Source: an uncultured Alistipes sp. (GTDB lineage Bacteria > Bacteroidota > Bacteroidia > Bacteroidales > Rikenellaceae). Taken from it: DNA of 64,000 nt. The stretch is taken from NCBI GenBank assembly GCA_947367255.1, contig CANBCZ010000003.1:53612-117611 (forward strand), written 5' to 3'. How positions within the stretch are numbered: the first letter of the stretch is position 1; every line of letters begins with the position of its first letter. This document shows, in pieces, positions 1 through 12,198 of this stretch. The notes beneath the pieces are model-generated. The model saw only the letters and a program-made list of their open reading frames with translations, did no database searches and was not told the origin of the DNA. The position numbers and the translations under genes are program-made.

Positions 1-49
1 TTGAGAGAATTTTATCCAATATAAGTCCTCGAATGGATAAATAAAAGTG

Positions 50-139
50 TTAGTTCAAGGCTTGCGATGTGCGAAAAACCGCAGCATACTTAGACGTATG
101 TGAGGATTTTGAGCACGAGCGTAACGCAGAAATAACCTT
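50..139 (+). repeat. Hairpin repeat element (B module: CCGCAG-CATAC-loop-GTATG-TGAGG) abutting the rfbB stop codon
   Basis: ccgcagcatac-ttagac-gtatgtgagg at 79-105 recurs at 5632-5657; the tail ggattttgagcacgagcgtaacgcagaaataacc recurs, degenerate, at ~29222-29255. Confidence 0.7.
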
Positions 140-1276
140 TTATTTATTCATTCGATACATATCGTCGTAATACTTCTCGTATTCTCCAGAGGTAATATTA
201 TCCATCCACTCCTGATTGTCCAGATACCAGCGAACGGTCTTCTCGATACCCTCCTCAAACTGGAGTGAAGGCTCCCAGCCAAGCTCCTTCTGAAGTTTAG
301 TAGAGTCGATAGCGTAGCGCAAATCGTGACCGGCGCGGTCGGTAACATAGGTAATAAGCTCCTCGCTTGAGCCCTCAGGGTTACCGAGCAGGCGATCGAC
401 AGTCTTAATCATCACCTTGATAAGGTCGATATTCTTCCACTCATTGAAACCACCGATATTGTATGTCTCGGCAATCTTACCGTTGTGGAATATCATATCG
501 ATAGCGCGTGCGTGATCCTCAACATAGAGCCAGTCGCGAACATTCTCGCCCTTGCCATATACAGGCAGTGGTTTACGATGGCGTATATTATTGATAAAGA
601 GCGGAATAAGCTTCTCAGGGAACTGATAAGGTCCGTAGTTATTCGAGCAGTTGGTAACGATAGTAGGCATACCGTAAGTGTCGTGATAAGCACGCACAAA
701 GTGGTCTGATGATGCCTTTGCTGCCGAATATGGAGAGTGCGGATTGTACTTTGTAGTCTCGTAGAAGAACTCTGTACCATAGGCAAGGTGGTGCTCCGAC
801 GAAGAGGCTGTAGTGGTAAATGGCGGCTCGATACCCTCCGGGTGGGTCATCTCGAGTGCTCCATATACCTCATCGGTAGAGATGTGGTAGAAGCGCTTAC
901 CCTCATACTTCTCAGGCAGAGACTCCCAATAGAGTTTTGCCGCCTGCAGAAGGCTCAGAGTACCCATAACATTGGTGCGGGCGAAGGTAAACGGATCCTT
1001 TATAGAGCGGTCTACATGGCTCTCGGCTGCAAGGTGGATAATGCCATCGACCTTCTCGTCCTGCATCAGCTGATAGAACGCCTCGAAGTCGCAGATATCC
1101 ATCTTGACGAACTTGTAGTTCGGCTTATCCTCAATATCCTTCAGATTGGCAAGGTTACCGGCATAGGTAAGCTTGTCAAGGTTGATAATGTTGTACTCCG
1201 GATATTTATTGACAAACAGACGCACAACGTGGCTGCCAATAAAGCCTGCACCGCCTGTGATAACGATATTTTTCAT
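140..1276 (-). CDS. rfbB: dTDP-glucose 4,6-dehydratase
   Basis: GGAGFIGS, HLAAESHVDRSI, STDEVYG, YSAAK, NCSNNYGPYQFPEKLIP motifs. Confidence 0.97.
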   Translation of the reverse strand: MKNIVITGGAGFIGSHVVRLFVNKYPEYNIINLDKLTYAGNLANLKDIEDKPNYKFVKMDICDFEAFYQLMQDEKVDGIIHLAAESHVDRSIKDPFTFARTNVMGTLSLLQAAKLYWESLPEKYEGKRFYHISTDEVYGALEMTHPEGIEPPFTTTASSSEHHLAYGTEFFYETTKYNPHSPYSAAKASSDHFVRAYHDTYGMPTIVTNCSNNYGPYQFPEKLIPLFINNIRHRKPLPVYGKGENVRDWLYVEDHARAIDMIFHNGKIAETYNIGGFNEWKNIDLIKVMIKTVDRLLGNPEGSSEELITYVTDRAGHDLRYAIDSTKLQKELGWEPSLQFEEGIEKTVRWYLDNQEWMDNITSGEYEKYYDDMYRMNK

Positions 1277-1280
1277 AGTG

Positions 1281-2147
1281 TTATTTCTGTTTTAATCTGT
1301 TAATACAATGGATCATCGACTCGCGCCAATGTGGAATCTCGACATCAAAAGTTCTCTTTACCTTACTCTTATCGAGCACCGAGTATGGCGGACGGGTAAC
1401 CTTTGACGGGAACTCGTCGGAGTGGCAAGGGTTGATACGGCACTCTGTATGACCTGCCGCAGCGGCAATCTCGGTAGCGAAATCATACCAGCTGCACACA
1501 CCCTCGTTCGAGAAGTGGTAGATACCCTCGTTACCCTCGTAGGTACCATACTCTATAATAGAGAATATCAACACCGCGAGGTCTCCGGCATAGGTCGGAC
1601 TACCTACCTGATCAAAGACCACATTAAGGGCAGGACGCTCGGCAGTAAGACGGAGCATAGTCTTGAGGAAGTTGTTGCCAAACTCCGAGTAGAGCCACGC
1701 CGTACGGAAGATAAGCGCCTTGCAACCACTTGCAGCAATAGCCTGCTCGCCGTGGAGCTTTGTTACGCCATATACACCGAGCGGAGCTGTCGGCATCTCC
1801 TCGGTACGAGGGGTATTGCCGTCAGTACCAAAGACGTAGTCGGTAGAGACATGTATAAGTGTGCCATCCACACTCTTTGCAGCCTCGGCAAGATTTGCCA
1901 CTGCTGTAGCGTTGATAAGTTCGGCTGTAGCCTCATCATCCTCAGCCTTATCTACATTGGTATATGCCGCGCAGTTTACGATAACATCGACACTATTTGC
2001 CGCAACGAAAGCAGCAACGGCAGCCTTGTCGGTAATATCGAGCTCGGCGACATCAGTAAAGATATAGTTATTGGGAGAGATAGAGCCAAGGCGGCGCATC
2101 TCGCTACCAAGTTGTCCGTTTGCGCCTGTTACAAGAACATTTTTCAT
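1281..2147 (-). CDS. rfbD: dTDP-4-dehydrorhamnose reductase
   Basis: Start set at MKNVLVTGANGQLG (2147); NCAAYTNVDKAE, STDYVF, YGVTK, DQVGSPT. Confidence 0.95.
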   Translation of the reverse strand: MKNVLVTGANGQLGSEMRRLGSISPNNYIFTDVAELDITDKAAVAAFVAANSVDVIVNCAAYTNVDKAEDDEATAELINATAVANLAEAAKSVDGTLIHVSTDYVFGTDGNTPRTEEMPTAPLGVYGVTKLHGEQAIAASGCKALIFRTAWLYSEFGNNFLKTMLRLTAERPALNVVFDQVGSPTYAGDLAVLIFSIIEYGTYEGNEGIYHFSNEGVCSWYDFATEIAAAAGHTECRINPCHSDEFPSKVTRPPYSVLDKSKVKRTFDVEIPHWRESMIHCINRLKQK

Positions 2148-2148
2148 A

Positions 2149-2727
2149 TTAAAATTCCGGATAGAGGTTTTCGTTATAGTCAAACGGAGAGTCGAAATCG
2201 GCAAGGCAGAGGTGCTTCAGATCCTTCTCCGAGAGCAGTGCGCTCTCTGTAGGAATCTGCCAATCGATACCCAGACTCTCGTCCTTGATGCTGATACCGC
2301 CATCTGCCTCGGGTGCGTAGAAGTTGTCGCACTTATACTGGAAGACAGCTGTCTCGCTGAGCACTGCAAAGCCGTGGGCAAAGCCGCGCGGAACGAAGAA
2401 CTGGCGATGGTTATCCTCTGTCAGCTCCACTGCCACATGCTTGCCGTATGTTGGCGAGCCCTTGCGAATATCCACTGCCACATCGAGCACACGACCCTTG
2501 ACGCAGCGCACAAGCTTACTCTGGCTATATGGCGGACGCTGGAAGTGCAGACCGCGCATAACGCCATAGCTCGACATACTCTCGTTATCCTGAACAAAGT
2601 TTACCTTGCGTACCTTCTGCTCGAACTCTCGCTGCGAGAAGCTCTCAAAGAAGTAGCCGCGAGCATCCTTGAACACCTTCGGCTCGATGATTACCAAGCC
2701 CTCAATATCTGTCTTTATAACCTCCAT
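2149..2727 (-). CDS. rfbC: dTDP-4-dehydrorhamnose 3,5-epimerase
   Basis: DARGYFFESF, QDNESMS, RGLHFQ, GFAHGF. Confidence 0.97.
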   Translation of the reverse strand: MEVIKTDIEGLVIIEPKVFKDARGYFFESFSQREFEQKVRKVNFVQDNESMSSYGVMRGLHFQRPPYSQSKLVRCVKGRVLDVAVDIRKGSPTYGKHVAVELTEDNHRQFFVPRGFAHGFAVLSETAVFQYKCDNFYAPEADGGISIKDESLGIDWQIPTESALLSEKDLKHLCLADFDSPFDYNENLYPEF

Positions 2728-2729
2728 TG

Positions 2730-3635
2730 CTACTCAAGATTGGGTTTTCCTGTCTCCTTCAACTCCTCGATAACCTTCAGCAGATACTGTCCGTACTGGT
2801 TTTTAAGCATCGGCTGTGCAAGTTCGCGCATACGCTCCTCAGAGATCCAACCCTGACGGTAAGCAATGCCCTCCAGACACGCCACCTTAAGACCCTGACG
2901 CTTCTCCAGCACCTCGATATATGTCGATGCCTCAGAGAGTGAGTCGTGAGTACCTGTATCGAGCCACGCAAAGCCACGACCGAGGGTCTGAACCTTCAGC
3001 TCGCCATCGGCAAGGAACTCCTGATTTACTGTGGTAATCTCATACTCGCCACGTGCCGATGGTTTGATATTTCTCGCCACCTCGACAACCTTATTCGGAT
3101 AGAAGTAAAGACCTACAACGGCGTAGTTTGACTTCGGATTTGCAGGCTTCTCCTCAATAGAGAGGCAGTTGCCATTCTTATCAAACTCTGCCACGCCATA
3201 GCGCTCGGGATCGTTTACCCAATAGCCGAAGACAGTCGCCTTCTGCTCCTGTTCTGCTGTACGCACAGCCTCACGCAGCATCTTTGTAAAGCCTGCGCCA
3301 TGGAAGATATTGTCGCCCAAAACAAGGCACGCGCTATCGTCACCAATAAAATCGGCACCGATAGTAAACGCCTGTGCCAGACCATCCGGAGATGGTTGCT
3401 CGGCATACTCAAAGTGAACACCGTAGTCGCTGCCATCACCAAGTAGGCGCTTGAAGCCCGGAAGGTCATAAGGAGTGGAGATTATGAGAATATCTCTGAT
3501 ACCGGCAAGCATAAGCACCGAGATCGGATAGTAGACCATCGGCTTGTCATAAATCGGCATCAACTGCTTTGAAATTCCCTTTGTGATAGGATAGAGGCGT
3601 GTTCCGCTTCCTCCTGCCAATACAATACCTTTCAT
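2730..3635 (-). CDS. rfbA: Glucose-1-phosphate thymidylyltransferase
   Basis: [33 protein letters not shown]. Confidence 0.97.
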   Translation of the reverse strand: MKGIVLAGGSGTRLYPITKGISKQLMPIYDKPMVYYPISVLMLAGIRDILIISTPYDLPGFKRLLGDGSDYGVHFEYAEQPSPDGLAQAFTIGADFIGDDSACLVLGDNIFHGAGFTKMLREAVRTAEQEQKATVFGYWVNDPERYGVAEFDKNGNCLSIEEKPANPKSNYAVVGLYFYPNKVVEVARNIKPSARGEYEITTVNQEFLADGELKVQTLGRGFAWLDTGTHDSLSEASTYIEVLEKRQGLKVACLEGIAYRQGWISEERMRELAQPMLKNQYGQYLLKVIEELKETGKPNLE

Positions 3636-3657
3636 AAGTTATCTGTTTATAGTGTTT

Positions 3658-4890
3658 TTAATCTCTTCTGAAAATGTCGCGTGTATAGACCTTGTCGCGC
3701 ACATCATCAAGGTCCGTATCATAACGATTTGAGACTATCACGCGCGACTCTCGCTTAAAGCGCTCCAAATCGTTCACAATCTTACTGCCAAAGAATGTCG
3801 TTCCATCCTCCAATGTAGGCTCGTAGACAATCACCTCGGCACCTTTTGCCTTTATGCGTTTCATTACGCCCTGAATGGAGGATTGGCGGAAGTTATCCGA
3901 GCCACTCTTCATTGTCAGGCGATAGACTCCTATAGTGCACGGCTTCTCGCGCTTGGCGTCGTAGTCACTGCTGCCTGTGTAGTAACCCGCCATAGTAAGA
4001 ATACGGTCGGCAACAAAGTCCTTGCGTGTGCGGTTGCTCTCGACAATTGCCGACATCATATTCTGCGGCACATCGGCGTAGTTCGCAAGTAGCTGCTTCG
4101 CATCCTTCGGCAGGCAGTAACCACCATAGCCGAACGACGGATTATTATAGTGGGTGCCGATACGCGGATCAAGACCCACACCCTCGATTATTGCGTGGGT
4201 ATCAAGCCCCTTCATCTCGGCGTATGTATCGAGCTCGTTGAAGTAGCTCACACGCAGGGCAAGATATGTATTTGCAAAGAGCTTGACCGCCTCCGCCTCT
4301 GTAGTTCCCATAAATAGCGTCGGAATATCCTTAGCAATTGCGCCCTCGACAAGCAGTTGTGCAAAACTCTGAGCAGCAGCCATTAACGCCTCGTCATCGC
4401 CCGGCACGCCGACAATAATTCGACTCGGATAGAGGTTGTCGTAGAGGGCTTTGGTCTCTCGCAAAAACTCGGGCGAGAAGAGTATATTTTTATTGCCACT
4501 CTTTGCACGAATCTGCTCTGTGTAACCCACCGGAACAGTGCTCTTGATGATGATAACAGCCTTTGGATTTATGCGGGTAACAAGATTTATTACCGACTCT
4601 ACAGCCGAAGTATCGAAGAGGTTGAGTCGGCTGTCGTAGTTGGTCGGCGTTGCGACAATAACAAACTCCGCATCGCTGTATGCAGCCTCGGCGTCGGTCG
4701 TAGCGACAAGGTTTAACCGGCTCTCTGTCAGATACCTCTCGATATACTCATCCTGAATTGGCGAGCGGCGGCGATTGACCGCATCGACCCTCTCGGGAAC
4801 AATATCCACAGCCACCACCTCATTGCGCTGGGCAAGCACAATGGCGAGGCTCAATCCGACATATCCCGTTCCGGCAACTGCTATTTTCAT
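3658..4890 (-). CDS. ugd: UDP-glucose 6-dehydrogenase
   Basis: Start set at [12 protein letters not shown] (4890); [24 protein letters not shown]. Confidence 0.95.
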   Translation of the reverse strand: MKIAVAGTGYVGLSLAIVLAQRNEVVAVDIVPERVDAVNRRRSPIQDEYIERYLTESRLNLVATTDAEAAYSDAEFVIVATPTNYDSRLNLFDTSAVESVINLVTRINPKAVIIIKSTVPVGYTEQIRAKSGNKNILFSPEFLRETKALYDNLYPSRIIVGVPGDDEALMAAAQSFAQLLVEGAIAKDIPTLFMGTTEAEAVKLFANTYLALRVSYFNELDTYAEMKGLDTHAIIEGVGLDPRIGTHYNNPSFGYGGYCLPKDAKQLLANYADVPQNMMSAIVESNRTRKDFVADRILTMAGYYTGSSDYDAKREKPCTIGVYRLTMKSGSDNFRQSSIQGVMKRIKAKGAEVIVYEPTLEDGTTFFGSKIVNDLERFKRESRVIVSNRYDTDLDDVRDKVYTRDIFRRD

Positions 4891-5156
4891 AATAGTTCTT
4901 CTGCAAAATATATGCACATTTGCGCATAATATGTTGCAAATATACTAAATTATCCTTTGAAAAGCAACAGGATGGCAACTTTTTAGCCAATAGCGACCAA
5001 CTCTGCCGTAAATAGAGCCGTTTTGCGCAGTCAAAACTCTCGGAGTCAGGATAAAGAGAAAATAACCTCCCCATTATGTCATACTTTTACAACAAAATTG
5101 TTAATTTTGTGCCAATTTGTCAATCTCTCTGCCAAAGTTGGCACAGAAAATGTTTT

Positions 5157-5171
5157 TGGCACAAGGATTGA
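5157..5171 (+). promoter_or_regulatory. Candidate sigma54-type -24/-12 promoter of groES
   Basis: TGGCACAAGGATTGA matches TGGCACG-N4-TTGC spacing with 2 differences; upstream inverted pair tgtgccaa (5108-5115) / ttggcaca (5138-5145). Confidence 0.45.
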
Positions 5172-5218
5172 TTGATAGTTGAGCAAATTGAAAATTTAAC
5201 TAAAACATATTCAAAGTT

Positions 5219-5488
5219 ATGATTAAACCATTATCTGACAGAGTGCTCGTTCTGCCAAATCCGGCAGAGGAGGTGACCGCCGGAGGTCTTATTATTCCGG
5301 ACACAGCAAAGGAGAAGCCGCTTGCCGGCAAGATTATCGCCGTAGGTCCCGGCACAAAGGATGTTACTATGGAGGTTAAGGCAGGTGACCAGATTCTCTA
5401 TGGTAAGTATTCAGGTACCGAGGTAAACCACGAGGGTACAACCTATATCATCATGAAGCAGTCGGAGATTCTCGCTGTTGTTGAGTAG
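5219..5488 (+). CDS. groES: Co-chaperonin GroES
   Basis: MIKPLSDRV, GGLIIPDTAKEKP, KYSGTEV. Confidence 0.98.
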   Translation: MIKPLSDRVLVLPNPAEEVTAGGLIIPDTAKEKPLAGKIIAVGPGTKDVTMEVKAGDQILYGKYSGTEVNHEGTTYIIMKQSEILAVVE

Positions 5489-5507
5489 TAAAAAATTAAA
5501 ACACGTT

Positions 5508-7356
<1,849 letters not shown>

Positions 7357-7357
7357 T

Positions 7358-7394
7358 AAAAAATTAGGGCAGCCGAAAGCTGCCCTAATTTTTT
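7358..7394 (+). terminator. Intrinsic terminator after groEL
   Basis: aaaaaattagggcagc-cgaaa-gctgccctaatttttt perfect stem with A/T tails. Confidence 0.85.
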
Positions 7395-7449
7395 ACGCTG
7401 TTAGCTATTCTGACGCGTTCAGACACACTCTGCCACATATATGCACCCG

Positions 7450-7571
7450 TTTGTTGTCAAAAGTGCGTAGCTGTGGTATATCGTGAAAAATCCCCGGATG
7501 GGTTGTACTATGTGTACTACTCATTCGGGGATTTGAGGGATATGCCGCAGATGCTGGCTTTTCACAACAAA
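7450..7571 (+). mobile_element. T1 hairpin element (122 bp, 13-bp TIR)
   Basis: tttgttgtcaaaa ... ttttcacaacaaa; central stem aaatccccggatggg/ctcattcggggattt with GTAC-N-GTAC apex. Confidence 0.7.
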
Positions 7572-7591
7572 GAATATTTTTATAAAAAATA

Positions 7592-7623
7592 TTTGCTTTT
7601 TACAATTAAAAGCACTACTTTTG
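7592..7623 (+). promoter_or_regulatory. Bacteroidetes sigmaA promoter of rimP-nusA-infB
   Basis: TTTG (7592-7595), 20-nt spacer, TACTTTTG (7616-7623). Confidence 0.7.
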
Positions 7624-7639
7624 TGGTGTGAATGAATGG

Positions 7640-7666
7640 AAGGGGACGAAAAAGTCCCCTTATTTT
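7640..7666 (+). promoter_or_regulatory. rimP leader hairpin (probable attenuator)
   Basis: aaggggac-gaaaaa-gtcccctt followed by attttg in the 5' UTR; terminator-like leaders are known upstream of rimP. Confidence 0.55.
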
Positions 7667-7700
7667 GTACCTTACGAGAAACAAATAACAACATAAAGCT

Positions 7701-8165
7701 ATGGATATCAACAAGTTAATAGAGGTAGTAGAGCAGCATCTCGAGGGCAGCGATGTGTTCGTTGTGGAGTGCACCTCTACCCCATCGAATGAAATTTCAC
7801 TCACTTTGGATGCCGACAGCAGAGTTACTATCGACACCTGCGTTGCCGTTTCACGTGCTGTGGATGCAGTATTTGACCGCGACGTGGAGGATTTTTCACT
7901 CACCGTAGCATCTGCAGGTATTGGCGAGCCGCTCAAGCTGTTGCGTCAGTATCACAAGATTGTAGGTTCTCCTGTTGAGGTACTTCTCAAGGATGGTATC
8001 AAGATTTTGGGTACCCTTGACGAGGCGAATGAGGCGGGCATAACTATCTCTTACGACGAGAAGGTTGCTGTTGAGGGCAAGAAGCGCAAGGAGTTGCAGC
8101 ACATTGTTCGCACAATAGCTTTTGAGGATATCAAGACTGCCAAGGAATATTTAGATTACAAATAA
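7701..8165 (+). CDS. rimP: Ribosome maturation factor RimP
   Basis: DFSLTVASAGIGEPL motif; upstream of nusA. Confidence 0.93.
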   Translation: MDINKLIEVVEQHLEGSDVFVVECTSTPSNEISLTLDADSRVTIDTCVAVSRAVDAVFDRDVEDFSLTVASAGIGEPLKLLRQYHKIVGSPVEVLLKDGIKILGTLDEANEAGITISYDEKVAVEGKKRKELQHIVRTIAFEDIKTAKEYLDYK

Positions 8166-8182
8166 TATAAAAAGCAAAGACA

Positions 8183-9424
8183 ATGAACAATTTGAATCTT
8201 ATCAGCAACTTTGCAGAGTTCAAGGAGCTGAAAAACATCGACAAATCGACAATGATCGGTGTTCTCGAGGATGTATTCCGTCACGCTCTTCAGAAGCAGT
8301 ACGGCACAGACGAGAACTTTGATGTCATTATCAATGCCGACAAGGGCGACCTTGAGATCTGGCGCAACCGCGTGGTTGTTGCCGATGAGGAGTTTGAGGA
8401 TGATGTTCGTCAGATTTCACTCTCTCAGATTCAGGCTATCGACCCATCTTACGAGGTTGGCGACGAGTACACAGACTTTATCACTTTCGAGTCTTTCGGT
8501 CGTCGTGCAGTGCTCTCACTGCGTCAGAACCTCGCATCTCGAATCCTCGACCTTGAGAAGGCTACCCTTTACGAGAAGTACCGCGACCGCGTGGGCGAGA
8601 TTGTATCGGGCGAGATCTATCAGGTATGGAAGAAGGAGGTGCTCATCCTCGACGATGACGACAACGAGCTCATTCTGCCTCGTGCAGAGCAGATCCCAGG
8701 CGAGTTCTACCACAAGGGCGACACTCTGAAGGCAATTGTAAAGAGCGTAGAGATGAATAACAACCAGCCTCGCATTATCCTCTCTCGTACAGCAAACCAA
8801 TTCCTCGAGCGACTCTTCGAGGCTGAGGTACCTGAGATTTACGACGGTCTGATTACTATCAAGAAGATTGCCCGCATCCCCGGCGAGCGTGCAAAGGTTG
8901 CCGTAGAGTCTTATGACGACCGTATCGACCCTGTAGGCTCTTGCGTGGGTATGAAGGGTGCTCGTATCTACACTATCGTTAAGGAGTTGCACAACGAGAA
9001 TATCGACGTTATCAACTATACATCAAACACCAAGCTGCTCATCCAGCGTTCACTCAACCCTGCTAAGACTACCGAGATTGTGGTTGATGAGGAGCGTATG
9101 ACAGCATCTGTATACCTCGATCCTGATCAGGTATCACTTGCTATCGGTAAGGGTGGTCTGAACATCAAGCTCTCGAAGATGCTGACAGGTTACAACATCG
9201 ACGTATACCGCAACATCGAGGGTGGCGACTTCCCTATCACAGAGTTCTCGGATGTTATCGAGGCTTGGCAGATTGAGGCTCTCTCTGCAGTAGGTCTTGA
9301 CCGCGCGAAGGCTGTCCTTGCACTCAGCGCAGAGGAGATTGCCGAGCGTGCAGACCTCGAGGTTGAGCAGGCTGAGGCGATTATCGCTATCCTTGAGAGA
9401 GAGTTGGAGCAGAGTGAGGAGTAA
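8183..9424 (+). CDS. nusA: Transcription termination/antitermination factor NusA
   Basis: FGRRA, S1 and KH domains (ARIPGERAKVAV, DPVGSCVGMKGARI, SLAIGKGGLN). Confidence 0.97.
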   Translation: MNNLNLISNFAEFKELKNIDKSTMIGVLEDVFRHALQKQYGTDENFDVIINADKGDLEIWRNRVVVADEEFEDDVRQISLSQIQAIDPSYEVGDEYTDFITFESFGRRAVLSLRQNLASRILDLEKATLYEKYRDRVGEIVSGEIYQVWKKEVLILDDDDNELILPRAEQIPGEFYHKGDTLKAIVKSVEMNNNQPRIILSRTANQFLERLFEAEVPEIYDGLITIKKIARIPGERAKVAVESYDDRIDPVGSCVGMKGARIYTIVKELHNENIDVINYTSNTKLLIQRSLNPAKTTEIVVDEERMTASVYLDPDQVSLAIGKGGLNIKLSKMLTGYNIDVYRNIEGGDFPITEFSDVIEAWQIEALSAVGLDRAKAVLALSAEEIAERADLEVEQAEAIIAILERELEQSEE

Positions 9425-9502
9425 TTCCGTTCCCCAGAATCCGGCTACGAGATTTTCGTAGCACACTAAAGATTGTTTAACGAAAAAAATAGCAAAAATA
9501 TA

Positions 9503-12166
9503 ATGGAGAACGAAACAAAGAAATTACGCCTTATTCAAGTAGCAAAGGAGTTCAAGGTGGGTCTTAACACCGTTACCGACTTCTTGCGCAAGAAGGGTGT
9601 AGCTATCGACGGCTCGCCCAACACACAGATTAGTGGAGATATCTATGCAATGGTAGAGAAGGAGTTCGGTGCAAACCGCACTTCAGGCTCTGCACGCGAC
9701 AATATCCGCGAGAAGATCTCAACAAAGCAGGCTACCGTATCTATCGAGGAGCCTAAGGCTGAGCCTAAGCGCACCATCGAGGTTAAGGACGAGGTACAGC
9801 AGCCGAAGATTCTCGGTCGCGTAGAGCTCGACAAGAATGGCAACATCGTGAAGCCACAGCCAAAGGCTGAGCCTAAGCCGGAGCCAAAGCCTCAGCCAAA
9901 AGTAGAGCCGAAAGTAGAGCCTGCACCTCAGCCTGCACCACAGCCAAAGGCTGAGCCTGTAGCTGTTGAGCCAAAGGAGAATGGTGCATTCCGTGCTACT
10001 GCTACCCCAACACTGAGCGGTCCTCAGATTTTGGGTAAGATTGACGTATCGGGTATGGTTCCCGGTGGCAAGCGTCGTAAGAAGATTGACAAGGAGAAGG
10101 TCGATATCACTCGCCAGCAGCAGCCTCAGCAGGGCGGCGGCAAGAAGAATCGTCCAGACTTCAAGCAGAATAACAACAATAACAACCAGCAGAATCAGCA
10201 GCAGGGCGGTGGCAAGAAGAACAAGCATCAGAAGCCACAGCCAAAGCCTGTAGTTCGTCCGGAGGTATCGGATGAGGAGGTTTCAAAGCAGGTAAAGGAT
10301 ACCCTTGCTCGTCTGACTGCAAAGGGTGCCAAGAATAAGGGTGCCAAGTACCGCAAGGAGAAGCGCGAGGAGGTACAGCAGCGTATGAACGAGGCTGTAG
10401 AGCGCGAGGAGATGGAGCGCAAGGTGCTCAAGGTTACAGAGTTTGTAACCGTGAGCGAGCTTGCAACAATGATGAATGTATCTCCGATGGAGGTTATCTC
10501 GGCTTGTATGAACCTCGGACTTATGGTATCTATCAACCAGCGTCTGGATGCAGAGGCTCTCGTAGTGGTTGCCGAGGAGTTCGGCTTTACCACCGAGTTC
10601 GTATCTGTAGAGATTCAGGAGGCTATCGGTGACGACGAGGTAGATGAGGCAGAGGATCTGCTCCCACGTCCGCCAATTGTAACCGTAATGGGTCACGTAG
10701 ACCACGGTAAGACCTCGCTGCTCGACAATATCCGTAAGACCAACGTTATCGCCGGCGAGGCGGGTGGTATCACCCAGCACATCGGTGCATACTCTGTTGA
10801 GCTGAATGGTCAGAAGATTACATTCCTCGATACTCCGGGTCACGAGGCGTTTACAGCGATGCGTGCGCGTGGTGCGAAGATTACCGACGTTGCAATTATC
10901 ATCGTTGCGGCTGATGACAGCGTGATGCCTCAGACTATCGAGGCTATCAACCACGCACAGGCTGCGGGCGTACCTATGGTATTTGCAATCAACAAGATTG
11001 ATAAGCCGGCTGCAAATGTTGAGCGCATCAAGGAGCAGCTTGCAAATATGAACTTCCTCGTTGAGGATTGGGGCGGTAAGTACCAGAGCCAGGATGTCTC
11101 TGCAAAGCAGGGTCTGAACCTCGACAAACTCCTTGAGAAGGTGCTTCTCGAGGCGGAGCTTCTCGACCTTAAGGCAAATCCTAACAAGCGCGCTAAGGGT
11201 GCCGTTATCGAGTCTACACTCGACAAGGGTCGTGGTTATGTAGCAACTGTCCTTGTTCAGGATGGTACACTGCGTATCGGTGATGTAGTACTCTCGGGTA
11301 CATACACCGGTCGTGTAAAGGCTATGTTTGACGAGAATGGTAAGAAGGTTACCGAGGCAGGACCTGCAACACCTGTACAGTTGCTCGGTCTTAACGGTGC
11401 ACCACAGGCGGGTGACTCATTCAACGTTATGGAGGATGACCGCTCGGCTCGTGAGGTGGCAAACAAGCGTGAGCAGCTTCAGCGTATGCAGGGTCTGATG
11501 ACTCAGAAGCACGTAACACTCGACGAGATTGGTCGTCGTATCGCTATCGGTTCGTTCAAGGAGCTCAATATTATCGTTAAGGGTGACGTGGATGGCTCTG
11601 TAGAGGCTATGTCAGGCTCACTGATTAAGCTCTCTAAGGAGACTGTTCAGGTAAATGTTATCCACTCTGCCGTTGGTCAGATTTCGGAGAGCGACGTACT
11701 GCTCGCAACTGCTTCTAACGCAATTATCGTCGGCTTCCAGGTTCGTCCGTCGGCTGCCGCTCGTCGTCTTGCCGAGAAGGAGGAGATTGAGATTCGTCTC
11801 TACTCTATCATCTACGACGCAATCAACGAGATTAAGGACGCTATCGAGGGTATGCTCGAGCCGGTAATGAAGGAGGAGATTGTCTGCTCTGTCGAGGTAC
11901 TCGAGACCTTCAAGATCTCTAAGGTCGGTACTATTGCCGGTGGTATTGTTCGCGAGGGTAAGATTCAGCGTAACACCCCTATCCGCGTAATCCGTGACGG
12001 TATCGTTATCCACACCGGTCGTCTTGGCTCTCTCAAGCGTTTCAAGGACGATGTTAAGGAGGTACTGACAGGTCACGACTGCGGTCTGAACATCGAGTCT
12101 TACAACGACATCAAGGTCGGCGATATTATCGAGGGCTACGAGCAGGTCGAAGTAAAGAGAAAGTAA
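9503..12166 (+). CDS. infB: Translation initiation factor IF-2
   Basis: [34 protein letters not shown]; start set at MENETKK. Confidence 0.98.
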   Translation: MENETKKLRLIQVAKEFKVGLNTVTDFLRKKGVAIDGSPNTQISGDIYAMVEKEFGANRTSGSARDNIREKISTKQATVSIEEPKAEPKRTIEVKDEVQQPKILGRVELDKNGNIVKPQPKAEPKPEPKPQPKVEPKVEPAPQPAPQPKAEPVAVEPKENGAFRATATPTLSGPQILGKIDVSGMVPGGKRRKKIDKEKVDITRQQQPQQGGGKKNRPDFKQNNNNNNQQNQQQGGGKKNKHQKPQPKPVVRPEVSDEEVSKQVKDTLARLTAKGAKNKGAKYRKEKREEVQQRMNEAVEREEMERKVLKVTEFVTVSELATMMNVSPMEVISACMNLGLMVSINQRLDAEALVVVAEEFGFTTEFVSVEIQEAIGDDEVDEAEDLLPRPPIVTVMGHVDHGKTSLLDNIRKTNVIAGEAGGITQHIGAYSVELNGQKITFLDTPGHEAFTAMRARGAKITDVAIIIVAADDSVMPQTIEAINHAQAAGVPMVFAINKIDKPAANVERIKEQLANMNFLVEDWGGKYQSQDVSAKQGLNLDKLLEKVLLEAELLDLKANPNKRAKGAVIESTLDKGRGYVATVLVQDGTLRIGDVVLSGTYTGRVKAMFDENGKKVTEAGPATPVQLLGLNGAPQAGDSFNVMEDDRSAREVANKREQLQRMQGLMTQKHVTLDEIGRRIAIGSFKELNIIVKGDVDGSVEAMSGSLIKLSKETVQVNVIHSAVGQISESDVLLATASNAIIVGFQVRPSAAARRLAEKEEIEIRLYSIIYDAINEIKDAIEGMLEPVMKEEIVCSVEVLETFKISKVGTIAGGIVREGKIQRNTPIRVIRDGIVIHTGRLGSLKRFKDDVKEVLTGHDCGLNIESYNDIKVGDIIEGYEQVEVKRK
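9854..10240 (+). repeat. Low-complexity P/K/E and Q/N coding repeats in the IF-2 N-terminal linker
   Basis: [33 protein letters not shown]; [11 protein letters not shown] ... [17 protein letters not shown]. Confidence 0.8.
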
Positions 12167-12198
12167 TTTCACAACCTAATACTAAATAATTAAGAGCT

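Noticed and set aside
4919-4942. atttgcgcataatatgttgcaaat palindrome as a dif site
   Set aside because: No XerD arm; it overlaps the ugd -7 promoter box, and an operator role cannot be supported
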